A stretch of DNA of 64,000 bases from Candidatus Nanohaloarchaea archaeon (GCA_014297435.1 JACOQA010000004.1:30043-94042), one strand, 5' to 3'. Positions 34,636-43,631 are shown, numbered from the stretch's first letter. The notes: a model not told the origin generated them from the sequence alone. Translations and numbers: made by a program.

Positions 34636-37334
34636 GCGAGAACTTTATACTTCAACGGTTGAGAGAGAAGTTCAGCCCTGATGAAGAAGCTGGCACAGAG
34701 GACTTAACTGCTCTGAATTACAAGGTAGGCAATACTTCCGGAATGGACGTTACACCTGAAATACCTTCAGAATTGGCTGAAAGAGTCGGTCAAATGGCGC
34801 AGAGAGCCGGAGGAGAGATGGAGATACAGATAGGCAACCCTTCAACTTTCTATATAGACAGGGAAGATCTCTACCACACAGTCGAAGGTCTCGGTATAGA
34901 TTTCTCAATCCACAGCGATCCAAACGTTGGCTATGCTTCGCCTTACCAAGTTGGCGAGGGAGGAGGTTTTGACGGAACCTTCAACTACTTCACGCAGTAC
35001 CTGCAAGCATTTGCTTCGTTCAAACTGGAGGCAGAAAGCAGATCAGATCTTAAAATAGGCAAAGAGGACGGTATAAAAATTGGAAGAATAAATCCTCACG
35101 TCTCAGTAAGCCCTCTACCTCAAACAGAACAGGAAAGAGCCCAAGGAGTAGCTCTTGACCCCTTAGGATATAGCCTATCAAAGCTTCAGGAGAATGAAAT
35201 GGAGAATAGAAGGGACGCAGGGAAGAATATTTGGGATAACGAGAATTTCCTTCGCAAATTCTACAGACTTTTCATAGTTGATGAGCTGGAAGACAACGAA
35301 TACCAACTCTTCGACAGATTCTACATTCCCTATTCAAACAAGATTGACAAAGTCTGGAGAGAAAAACAGAATGAAACACTAAATAGAATCTACGAGAATA
35401 GATCCGGAGAGTTTTCGGGAGATAAGCTGGGGGACAAGATTAAGATTATACGTGTCGCTGGTCAAGCTGACCCTGCGATCGCCAACACCTGGCTTGATAT
35501 ATTGGAAGAGGCAGAGGATTTTGGAGATTCTGTGGAATTCGAAATTCCAACACGTCGAGACAGACCAAATAAAGAAATCGAAGTAAACAGTTTAGTGAAA
35601 CTTGATGAATTGATTAAAAATCTCAACCCTAATTATGGCATCTCTGAACTCAGAAGACTTCCAGAAGTTTACTACTATCTTAAAAAAGAGAAGCTGGAAG
35701 GAATTTCGCGCGGTACAACCGAAAACGAATTTGATGAGGACAAAAAGGAAAGACTTTGGGAACTTCTTCAAGAGCCTTTAGAAAACGCAATTGATGACCT
35801 TTGGAATCTCAAACCCGATGATGTCCAAGAAGAGGTTAAAGAGGGAGATCCAAGGGTTTCACTTGTACCTATTAACGCAAAAATTCAAGCCGTTTCAAAC
35901 CATCTTGAGATACCTAATAGAAAGATACTGGAGAAGACTTTCTCTAACCACGCCCGCTATAAGGATAATAGTAAGACTGGTATACGGCAACATATTGAAA
36001 ACATGTATGCCGGCGAGAAAGGGTATTTTGAGAATGGAGATGATAGAACTCCTTCCAAGCGACACGAAAACTTTCTCCGAGCGGTAGCAGACCAGTTTGA
36101 ACAGCAGATGTGGCAGGAATCAAACGTTTTTTACAGGGTAGGACCGGCATGGGTTTCTTCATCGGAGGAAACAGTCGAAGGAGAAGAAGGCATATATCAT
36201 CAAGGTTGGAGGGCTCCTAAGTTTCTATGGAAATACTTGGTTGAGAGAAAACATGACAAAGCGCATGGAGGAGACTACGATCTTGATTTAACCGATCCAA
36301 GAAAAGATAATGGATACTTTGAAGCCCTAAACGACAGAGAGTTTCAGATGGATGTTGCTGCGGCTGTAGCAGGAACCTATATGTGGTCTATGTTTACGCA
36401 GGTTGAAGCTGACTTCGACATGGAGGGTACTTCTCACTTCAAAGGCAAGAGTAAGAAGGAGTCTTGGATTGACTGGATGAACAGGTTTGGTATTGGGATA
36501 AACATGGAGACTATGGCAGGTCAGCCTAGACAGTACTTCAAGCTCTGGCGTCCTGTACACGTGGTAGCCGCCTGTAGAGCAATCAACATAACTGCGAGAA
36601 GCAGATTGGAAGAGGGAGATGACTTGGGCGGTAAAAATCATATGGCTTCTGAACTAGACGACTGTCCTGTAAAGTTCACTATCGACATGGAGCACGTCTC
36701 AAGCTTCGGTGTAGATCCAATAAAGGAGATGGAGATCTGGAAAGACAGAGAGAAAGAACTACTAGAAAATCCTGTCGAAGTTGATGGCGAAGCAATTGAA
36801 GTTCCTGGAGATTCGAATCGACCTTTAGCCAAGATGTTGAGGATGTACCACTTGACAAAACCCGGTCACGAAACCAGTGGCGGTGTAGGACACACTCACG
36901 GTCCTTTCAGAAAAGGCGACAAGGAATTGTACACATGGCTTCATAAGATGGTTAAATGGGGTTTCACAAGAACGGGAGAGTCGGGCGAGAGAGCTTCAGT
37001 TATGTATGAGGTAGGAGGGGAGCAGGTCGGAACGGTATACCAGGCTAAGCTAGCTATGGATCTTATCGAACTAGGTGTTTCACCTGATGAGCTTGATCCT
37101 TCAGTGGTTGATCCAGGAAGCGAATATAAGAGCGAAAAAGAAGCTCTTATTGCCCGTTTCTTCGATATGGATCGTACAACTTATTCGAAGGAGTGGGCGA
37201 AGATTGAGCAACATGCATTCGATCCTCTAGATGGTCTGCTAGAAGCTGAAACGTTTGACGTTACTTTCTCGGGAAGCGCCGCTCTTGAAAATAACAATAG
37301 AATTAACGAGTTTCTCCCAGAAGAATATCAGTAA
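34632..37334 (+). CDS. Large orphan protein (900 aa) with an Endo IV / xylose isomerase-like TIM-barrel ligand series interrupted by a ~450-aa insertion
   Basis: The ordered motifs are IHSDP (His94), NPHVSV (His156), INMETMAGQ (Glu626), IDMEHV (Asp685/His688), MYHLTKPGHETSGGVGHTHGP and MYEVGG. Confidence 0.6.
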   Translation: MSENFILQRLREKFSPDEEAGTEDLTALNYKVGNTSGMDVTPEIPSELAERVGQMAQRAGGEMEIQIGNPSTFYIDREDLYHTVEGLGIDFSIHSDPNVGYASPYQVGEGGGFDGTFNYFTQYLQAFASFKLEAESRSDLKIGKEDGIKIGRINPHVSVSPLPQTEQERAQGVALDPLGYSLSKLQENEMENRRDAGKNIWDNENFLRKFYRLFIVDELEDNEYQLFDRFYIPYSNKIDKVWREKQNETLNRIYENRSGEFSGDKLGDKIKIIRVAGQADPAIANTWLDILEEAEDFGDSVEFEIPTRRDRPNKEIEVNSLVKLDELIKNLNPNYGISELRRLPEVYYYLKKEKLEGISRGTTENEFDEDKKERLWELLQEPLENAIDDLWNLKPDDVQEEVKEGDPRVSLVPINAKIQAVSNHLEIPNRKILEKTFSNHARYKDNSKTGIRQHIENMYAGEKGYFENGDDRTPSKRHENFLRAVADQFEQQMWQESNVFYRVGPAWVSSSEETVEGEEGIYHQGWRAPKFLWKYLVERKHDKAHGGDYDLDLTDPRKDNGYFEALNDREFQMDVAAAVAGTYMWSMFTQVEADFDMEGTSHFKGKSKKESWIDWMNRFGIGINMETMAGQPRQYFKLWRPVHVVAACRAINITARSRLEEGDDLGGKNHMASELDDCPVKFTIDMEHVSSFGVDPIKEMEIWKDREKELLENPVEVDGEAIEVPGDSNRPLAKMLRMYHLTKPGHETSGGVGHTHGPFRKGDKELYTWLHKMVKWGFTRTGESGERASVMYEVGGEQVGTVYQAKLAMDLIELGVSPDELDPSVVDPGSEYKSEKEALIARFFDMDRTTYSKEWAKIEQHAFDPLDGLLEAETFDVTFSGSAALENNNRINEFLPEEYQ

Positions 37335-37343
37335 CGTATTAAT

Positions 37344-37976
37344 TTAGAATATACTCTTAATCTTTTCTAGACCGTATCTCAAAGGCTCTAATCTCCTTTT
37401 AATCATCTCTTTATATCTCATTTTGCTCGAATCTCTTCCAATCTCATCAGTTTCGGGTCCGAGTGTTTCGTGTTTCTCGACATCAAGTGCTTTGCTTCCT
37501 ATCCAGTCGCTTCTCTTCTTGCAGTAGTCGCTTGCAACAGTTTGAACAGTACTATCTTTATGCGTATTTTCAGCTATTCTCTCGTAGTCGTCCCAGAAGG
37601 AATCTAACTCAATATTGTAGTTTTCAACTTCAAATCCGAGGTCTTCTAACCCATAACCTTTCTCTTCCTCCATTCTTTTAGAGATGTCTTCTTCTACCAC
37701 CAATGTTGGATCCCATTCTTCGTAGACCTCATCTATCGCACTTATGTGATCTTCGAAGAAGTTGTACCTGATTTGATCCTCTTCTTCGCTTGGGGAAGGA
37801 TGTAGTGCAACTACGTCAGGGGCTTCTTTGTCTTCGAGAAATTCCTCGTAAAGTTCCTCGTATTCTTCTTTATCAGTATCAGTTACATCTTTCTTAGGGT
37901 GTGGTGTTCCCAGTGCTTGACCTAGGTCGCTCCACGAAAACTCGAACTCTTTTTCTACCACAAAGTAACAATTCAA
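37344..37976 (-). CDS. Hypothetical acidic protein
   Basis: 210-aa D/E-rich ORF. The listed start is TTG at 37976; the GTG at 37961 is an alternative. Confidence 0.45.
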   Translation of the reverse strand: MNCYFVVEKEFEFSWSDLGQALGTPHPKKDVTDTDKEEYEELYEEFLEDKEAPDVVALHPSPSEEEDQIRYNFFEDHISAIDEVYEEWDPTLVVEEDISKRMEEEKGYGLEDLGFEVENYNIELDSFWDDYERIAENTHKDSTVQTVASDYCKKRSDWIGSKALDVEKHETLGPETDEIGRDSSKMRYKEMIKRRLEPLRYGLEKIKSIF

Positions 37977-38025
37977 TATATAAGGTTTTTAAGTTTCCGG
38001 CTGAACAATCCTTACGTGGATTCTC

Positions 38026-39276
38026 ATGAGTTCCAAGGATAAAATGAAGAAGATGAGGGAGAAATCCCAGGAAAGAAGAATGCAAGCCGCAGAAGAGTTC
38101 TCCGAAAAACTGAAGGACAAACTCGGCGACAAAGTAAAAGTAGTAGCTGTTTGGGGCTCTGTAGCTAAAGGAGAGCACGGTCATGAATCTGATATTGACA
38201 CTCTCGTAATACTAGACGATACTAAACTAAAGAAAGATGTTCCTGACGACGCAAAAAAGAAAATCAGGAGAAAAGTAACACAAGCAGCCAAAGACACGGA
38301 CGATAGAATCACTATCCAGTATTTCCCTTTCCTCACCGAATTCTGGGACTCACTGAGAAAAGGAGAACCACTAGCAATCGAAGCAGTAAGAAACGGTCAA
38401 CCTGTCTACGACACAGGGATCTTCATGCCTGCCAAAAGACTTCTGCAGAGAGGTAAGATTAAAGCTACCAGAGAATCAGTCAAGAAAAGACTGAAGATGG
38501 CTGCAGCAGGATACAAGAAAGCAGAAAAGAACCTGAGAAGCTCCATCCCGCACAAGCTAGAACAGGTTATGGCAAACGCAGGACAGGCACCAATCATGCT
38601 TGTAGGAAAGAACCCGCCACCTAAAGAAAAAGTACCTGAAACACTTGGTGAAATGTTCGTAGAGAAAGACATGCTCGAAGAAGAGTATGTTGATATCGCC
38701 CAAGAACTCTACGACTTCGGCGACAAAGGGGAGAAGAACGCTAAGGAAGTGACCGGCGAAGAAGTCGAAGAACATCTAAACAAAGCTGATGACTTTGTAA
38801 GACGGATGCACAAGCTTGTCTCACAGCTAGGAGCACAGAAAAAGGTTAAAGGAATTGTAGACGACTACAAGAAGTTTCTGAAAGCTAACGTGGCAGCACT
38901 CAAAGCCAAAGACATAGAACCTCCAGAAGACCGAGATGATCTTCCAGAAGTAGTAGAAAATAACCTTGACGTCGATGAGGATCACATCGAGATGTTCGAC
39001 AAATGGGAGGACGTCGTCGAAAAGGTCAAGAACAAAGAAATGGATGAAGTTAACGAGAAAGAACTTTACGAACTCAAACAGACAACGAAAGAGTTTGTCT
39101 CCCAAGTAGGTAAGGACATCCAGAAGATGAAAGAGGAAAAGGCTGAAGAGATGACGCCAGAGATGGATACTTCGGATGTTGCGAAAGCAGCCGACACTGA
39201 TGAAATGATTCCTAACTTGGAGAAGAAGGCGGAGAAAGAGGTTGACGAGGATGAAGAGAACGAGGAGAAAAAATAA
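38026..39276 (+). CDS. Pol-beta superfamily nucleotidyltransferase domain protein with helical middle domain and K/E-rich tail
   Basis: The minimal NTase motif is VAVWGSVAKGEHGHESDIDTLVILDD (GS-x9-12-DxD). The C-terminal 120 aa are a charged, low-complexity tail. Confidence 0.65.
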   Translation: MSSKDKMKKMREKSQERRMQAAEEFSEKLKDKLGDKVKVVAVWGSVAKGEHGHESDIDTLVILDDTKLKKDVPDDAKKKIRRKVTQAAKDTDDRITIQYFPFLTEFWDSLRKGEPLAIEAVRNGQPVYDTGIFMPAKRLLQRGKIKATRESVKKRLKMAAAGYKKAEKNLRSSIPHKLEQVMANAGQAPIMLVGKNPPPKEKVPETLGEMFVEKDMLEEEYVDIAQELYDFGDKGEKNAKEVTGEEVEEHLNKADDFVRRMHKLVSQLGAQKKVKGIVDDYKKFLKANVAALKAKDIEPPEDRDDLPEVVENNLDVDEDHIEMFDKWEDVVEKVKNKEMDEVNEKELYELKQTTKEFVSQVGKDIQKMKEEKAEEMTPEMDTSDVAKAADTDEMIPNLEKKAEKEVDEDEENEEKK

Positions 39277-39322
39277 ATCCTCAACCACAATCTTTTCTAT
39301 CTAAATTTTCAATTTTTCTGTT

Positions 39323-39940
39323 ATGCAGGTCTTCTGTTTCGGCGATTCAATAACTTATGGAGGATCCCGTTCCTGGGTCTGGAAACTGAGAAAGCATATG
39401 GAGGAGAAAGATAACAGGCGTGAAAGAGATCCGTTAGTCTACAATCTCGGTGTTCCCGTCAACACCTCCAGAGATGTTCTTGAAAGGTTTGAACAGGAGT
39501 TCGAGGCCAGACCTGACTCTGGAAAAAAAGTTGTGATCTTCCAGTTCGGCATAAATGACGTAACCCGGTTAAGGGAGAGCAACCAGAACAGGGTAAGGAT
39601 AGAGGAGTTTAGACAGAACATAGAGAACCTTTACACAAAGGCAAGAATTAAGGCCGACGAAGTTATCTTTCTAGGATTCACTCCCGTAATAGAATCAAAG
39701 ACTACCCCTCTACAAGACGACAATTCACAGAGAATAATTTTCAAGGACGTAAGAGACTATGAGGATGAGCTACACGAGTTCTGCCGTCAGAAAAACGTAG
39801 AATTTGTTGAACTGTTCGACCTTTTCATGGAGAATGGTTACTCCGAACTTCTGGAGGACGGATACCATCCTAACGCAGCAGGTCAGAAACTGATCTTTGA
39901 AGCAGTAAAAAACAAAATTCACAGATTGGAGACAAAATAA
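39323..39940 (+). CDS. SGNH/GDSL-family hydrolase
   Basis: Block I FCFGDSITYGG, block III FGINDV and block V DGYHPN. Confidence 0.75.
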   Translation: MQVFCFGDSITYGGSRSWVWKLRKHMEEKDNRRERDPLVYNLGVPVNTSRDVLERFEQEFEARPDSGKKVVIFQFGINDVTRLRESNQNRVRIEEFRQNIENLYTKARIKADEVIFLGFTPVIESKTTPLQDDNSQRIIFKDVRDYEDELHEFCRQKNVEFVELFDLFMENGYSELLEDGYHPNAAGQKLIFEAVKNKIHRLETK

Positions 39941-39946
39941 ATTGGT

Positions 39947-39953
39947 TTAAGAT
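39947..39953 (+). promoter_or_regulatory. TATA-like box TTAAGAT, 28 nt before the ATG at 39975
   Basis: Recurrent motif and spacing. Confidence 0.35.
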
Positions 39954-39974
39954 TAATTCTTTTTCTCTAAGTGC

Positions 39975-40925
39975 ATGGAAAACAGCAAATCCGATGCAGA
40001 AAAGGCACTTGAAAGCCTAGGAATTGACTACAAAGACTTGGAAAGCTTGGATAGTGGAAGCGATAGCCTGTTCTCCTTCAAATCCGGAGACAAATCTCTT
40101 ATTCTAAAGATGAGAGGTTTCGAACATCTTCCTGAATCCTGGTTCAGAAAAGAACCTCTCTTCCTCGAGAAAGCATCGGAGGAGTTAGATATGCCGGTTC
40201 CAGAAACTGTGGACATGAACCTAAGGGCTGAAAACCCTTACTTTGTCATGGAAATGTTAGATGGAGATTCTCTCTCAAACAGAAAACATGATCTTGGAGA
40301 GGAGGACCTCTTAGAACTGTGTTTTCAGGCAGGGAAGATACTGGGAGAGCTTCATTCCTCCACTGAGTACGACAGATATGGCTGGATCAGAGAAAGCGAG
40401 GGCGACATCGACAGGGTTAGAATGTCATGGCAGCAAGTATTCCAGGCTATGTATGATGACCGTATCGAAGGGCTTGAAGGAACAGAGTTCGCTGAATACA
40501 GAAAAGAGGTTAAGGCGTTTGTCGAGGATCGTATTGATTTGATGAATCCGGAAGGACCAGTCCTAGGACATGATGATTATCGCCCCGGTAATATCATGGT
40601 TCAAGAAAGCGAGATAGTCGGAATAATAGACTGGGCTAGAGCATACGCCACAGATCCATTATATGATATGGTGAAAGCGGAGATGAACTTCATGAACGAG
40701 CTCGAAACTATTGTCGATGAGGAAGAAGTTTCGAACAGATTCAGAAAAGGATACAGAACTAGCCGTGAGCCTAATTTAGGTAAAAGAGAAGAAGTTTACC
40801 GTGCAAACACAGTTCTGGGCATGATGAATGGTTTCTCCAATCACTGGGGAAACCTTATGGAAGAGGAAAAGAGACGAGAGAAAGCAGATTATCTTTCAGA
40901 AAAACTAGAAAACCTTATCAGATAA
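39975..40925 (+). CDS. Aminoglycoside/choline-kinase-type phosphotransferase (APH fold)
   Basis: Catalytic loop LGHDDYRPGNIMV (HxDxxxxN) and metal-binding IIDWARAY. Confidence 0.7.
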   Translation: MENSKSDAEKALESLGIDYKDLESLDSGSDSLFSFKSGDKSLILKMRGFEHLPESWFRKEPLFLEKASEELDMPVPETVDMNLRAENPYFVMEMLDGDSLSNRKHDLGEEDLLELCFQAGKILGELHSSTEYDRYGWIRESEGDIDRVRMSWQQVFQAMYDDRIEGLEGTEFAEYRKEVKAFVEDRIDLMNPEGPVLGHDDYRPGNIMVQESEIVGIIDWARAYATDPLYDMVKAEMNFMNELETIVDEEEVSNRFRKGYRTSREPNLGKREEVYRANTVLGMMNGFSNHWGNLMEEEKRREKADYLSEKLENLIR

Positions 40926-40957
40926 TTATCTTCCGGACCAAAAAAATCCCTAACGTC

Positions 40958-41356
40958 TCAAGAGCCATCTCTAATAATGATAACTGCCAAGAAAATTGTT
41001 GATATCAGACCCAGGAAAGGTCTGAGTGGCTCTATATAAGCCAGTATAGTTGAACTGGAGAGAAGAGCTAGTAAAACTATATTACATACCGGGCATCCGA
41101 ATGCAAGAAAACCTGTAACTCCTCCTAATGCAGCAAATCTTTTATCCAGTGTACTACATTTTTCCTGCCCGAAGTATACTGCTGCAAGCACAGAAGTTGT
41201 CAAAAGAAAGAAATAATCAAGAAGAGTAATAGGAACCATTCTAACGTAGAGCGGATTTGGGATTAATCCAGTAGTTAGACCTGTAGATAGGAAAAAGACA
41301 ATACCGGCAATTAAACCCGTCAAAAGATTGAATTCATCGATGATTTCTAGATCCAT
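40958..41356 (-). CDS. Integral membrane protein with intramembrane CPVC motif (paralogous module to the C-terminus of 41367..41897)
   Basis: Four hydrophobic segments. GFLAFGCPVCNIVLLALL lies within a TM segment. An extra Cys occurs in EKCST. Confidence 0.5.
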   Translation of the reverse strand: MDLEIIDEFNLLTGLIAGIVFFLSTGLTTGLIPNPLYVRMVPITLLDYFFLLTTSVLAAVYFGQEKCSTLDKRFAALGGVTGFLAFGCPVCNIVLLALLSSSTILAYIEPLRPFLGLISTIFLAVIIIRDGS

Positions 41357-41366
41357 AATCTCTAAC

Positions 41367-41897
41367 CTAGATGCTACAGGTTTCAGGGTTTCCAGTCCTA
41401 GTTATAAGAACTACCAGCAGCAACACGCCACCCAACCTTAGCAGGTTACCTCCGAACGGCATCGAGGCAAGAACACCGCCGAAACCGAGGAGCGACATCA
41501 CCCCTACCCCGCATGAGGCGCATCCGCCCGCAATAAAACCGGGTATAGCACCCAGGCTGCTGAGATCTACTCGGTTCATTTTCAATTGAATTACTGTGTT
41601 TGTCATCGTTACACCGACAAGTACTGAGAAACTCGCGGTCAGCATTAATCCTGCATATCCTGTGTTCATTATCAAGCCGGTTAGACGGGTTGTGAAGGCG
41701 ATACCCCAGTACTGAATCCCGGAAGAAAGCATCTGAACCGAGTAAGCCGGATTAGCGGAAAAAATACTGAATAGAAAGGTGGCTAGAGCCACTGTTAAAG
41801 TGGCAAATGCCCTCTTTTTATCAGCCACCGCTCCTTTCAAACCCTGGAAAAGTTGCCTCCTCCAGTCAGCCGGATTTATCTTTATCGCGAAACCCAT
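41367..41897 (-). CDS. Integral membrane protein with intramembrane CASC motif
   Basis: Five to six hydrophobic segments. GFIAGGCASCGVGVMSLLGFGG. A terminal Cys occurs in PETCSI. It is separated by 4 and 10 nt from the flanking genes on the same strand. Confidence 0.5.
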   Translation of the reverse strand: MGFAIKINPADWRRQLFQGLKGAVADKKRAFATLTVALATFLFSIFSANPAYSVQMLSSGIQYWGIAFTTRLTGLIMNTGYAGLMLTASFSVLVGVTMTNTVIQLKMNRVDLSSLGAIPGFIAGGCASCGVGVMSLLGFGGVLASMPFGGNLLRLGGVLLLVVLITRTGNPETCSI

Positions 41898-41901
41898 GTT
41901 A

Positions 41902-42723
41902 TCACTTCATCCACTGGTCTCTTCTCTCAAACAGCTCGTCGTGGTAATCCCAGTAACTGTCCTGCTCATGTTCGTAGACACAGTTGGCTGCCTGATGTGC
42001 CATCGGTCCGTTCGGATGTAGCTGTGGAACCGGATAGTCCTTCGAGATAAGCTTGACCTTGCCTGTATCTACATACTTGCTTTCTAGGTTGCTTGCGATA
42101 TTCATCTGGTCGATAGGGGTTCTTGATGAAGCATCAATCCCCTGCCATTCCGCGCAGAACGGACATCCGAACTCGTTGTATTCTACGACTTTTATTGAAG
42201 CATTCTCACTTCCTTTGCTTGGTTCTCCCTCTAACTCGATGCCCTCAAGACTGGTCAGATTTCCAGGTTTGTCGCTTTCTACTTTGTTTATGGCTTGATC
42301 GAATCTTGAAAGTGGCTGTGCGCCAGTAATTTTCACGAATCCTTTTTCCCTGTTTCCTACGAAGAATGTTGGTGTTCCGAAGCTCCCGATGTTTTGAACC
42401 GCTTTATTTCTGTCCTCTATAGCTTCCTGGTTGTCTGAGTTTTTGTAGCACTGCATAACTTGATCTGTATCAAGCTCAAGATCGTTGGAGATTTGCGTGA
42501 AAACCTCTTCAGGGCTCTGACTATCAGCGTTGCCGCTTGAACCATCTGATTTATCTGAACCTATGTCCGTGTTTCCCTGTGGAGAGTTAGTTCCCTGTTG
42601 GGATGAAACACTCATGGTTCCTGCTGCGAATCCCCCTAAACCGCCAAGAACTAATCCCAGTACTAGAGAGGTTATGACTGCTTGGCGCGTGGTAAATTCC
42701 AGAGTTATATCATCTTCACTCAT
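41902..42723 (-). CDS. Membrane-anchored DsbA/BdbD-like thiol:disulfide oxidoreductase with apparently circularly permuted domain order
   Basis: N-terminal TM segment and S/G/Q-rich linker. The cis-Pro loop FGTPTFFVGN (nt ~42358..42378) precedes the active site FGCPFCAEW (CPFC at 42154..42165). The helical insert ...SYWDYHDELFERRDQW ends the protein. Confidence 0.7.
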   Translation of the reverse strand: MSEDDITLEFTTRQAVITSLVLGLVLGGLGGFAAGTMSVSSQQGTNSPQGNTDIGSDKSDGSSGNADSQSPEEVFTQISNDLELDTDQVMQCYKNSDNQEAIEDRNKAVQNIGSFGTPTFFVGNREKGFVKITGAQPLSRFDQAINKVESDKPGNLTSLEGIELEGEPSKGSENASIKVVEYNEFGCPFCAEWQGIDASSRTPIDQMNIASNLESKYVDTGKVKLISKDYPVPQLHPNGPMAHQAANCVYEHEQDSYWDYHDELFERRDQWMK

Positions 42724-42872
42724 TTTGAACCACCGGTATTCACTACATATGGTTTTGAAATAGCTTCTCTGAACTCGATCAGAAGATCTGGTATCATATC
42801 GATACTAGATATCCGAACGATATTAAAGGCCAAAGTGTAGTTGGTGATACATGGTTTCGAGGTCGATACACT

Positions 42873-43247
42873 ATGTCTAAAAACCAGGGTAGAATCCCGG
42901 TCTGGTGCAAGACAGAGGAATGGTGCGCACTCAAATCCACATCCAAGATCCTGGGTCACAAATGGGTTCCGGCCATAATATACCACCTTCACGACAATGA
43001 AGGTCTAAGGTTCTCACAGATACAGGAAGAGGTTGGGGGAATCACCAACAAAACCTTGAGCGACAACCTCGACAGGATGCAGGACCAAGGAATAGTAAAC
43101 AGAGAAGTGGAAAACGAGAAGCCGGTTAAGATAACTTATGAGTTGACTGAGTTTGGTGAAAAACTAGTACCTCTCATCGAGGAAATGATCTCATGGGGTC
43201 AGGACAACCTCAGAGAGGGCGAGAAAGAAGAAGCCTGGGTAAAATGA
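42873..43247 (+). CDS. HxlR (DUF24/MarR-like) family winged-helix transcriptional regulator
   Basis: CALKSTSKILGHKWVPAIIYHL...LRFSQIQEEVGGITNKTLSDNLDRMQDQGIVNREV...ITYELTEFG is the HxlR signature, including the N-terminal Cys. Confidence 0.8.
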   Translation: MSKNQGRIPVWCKTEEWCALKSTSKILGHKWVPAIIYHLHDNEGLRFSQIQEEVGGITNKTLSDNLDRMQDQGIVNREVENEKPVKITYELTEFGEKLVPLIEEMISWGQDNLREGEKEEAWVK

Positions 43248-43296
43248 AGTAACAAAATGATCCTCCGGTTGACCATGAAGTATAAACGACAGTAAA

Positions 43297-43539
43297 TTGT
43301 ATTTTGTCTTTATGGAAGAAAACGTAGGAGATACCGACAGCTTGGTCAGAATTGTAGTTGGAGCGGTTGCAGGTCTACTATCATTAGGAATACTGGCGGA
43401 CGTACTGCCAGCAAGTATGAACCTACCGGAGATCGCATCACCGATACTAGGAATCATAGCAATCGCACTACTTGCCACAGGATTCACCAGCAAATGTGGG
43501 CTTTACTCCGCTCTCGGTATCAACACCAGCGAAAAATAA
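43297..43539 (+). CDS. DUF2892 (YgaP-like) small membrane protein
   Basis: LVRIVVGAVAGLLSLGIL...TGFTSKCGLYSALGINT matches the DUF2892 pattern ending in C-x-x-Y-x-x-x-G-I. An alternative start is MEENVGD. Confidence 0.55.
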   Translation: MYFVFMEENVGDTDSLVRIVVGAVAGLLSLGILADVLPASMNLPEIASPILGIIAIALLATGFTSKCGLYSALGINTSEK

Positions 43540-43602
43540 TTTTCATCTATCTTTTTTCTATTTCTTTCATAATACATTCTACAGAATTTTTTCTCCAAAG
43601 GA

Positions 43603-43609
43603 TTATACC
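43603..43609 (+). promoter_or_regulatory. TATA-like box TTATACC, 29 nt before the ATG at 43632
   Basis: Recurrent spacing. Confidence 0.3.
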
Positions 43610-43631
43610 TCTCCCGACCTAATAATGGTCT

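Noticed and set aside
38406-39290. Several minus-strand ORFs (88, 72, 153 and 74 aa) opposite the nucleotidyltransferase gene
   Set aside because: They are the antisense of a K/E-rich coding region, which yields F/L-rich pseudo-hydrophobic frames. They have no independent start or promoter signals.
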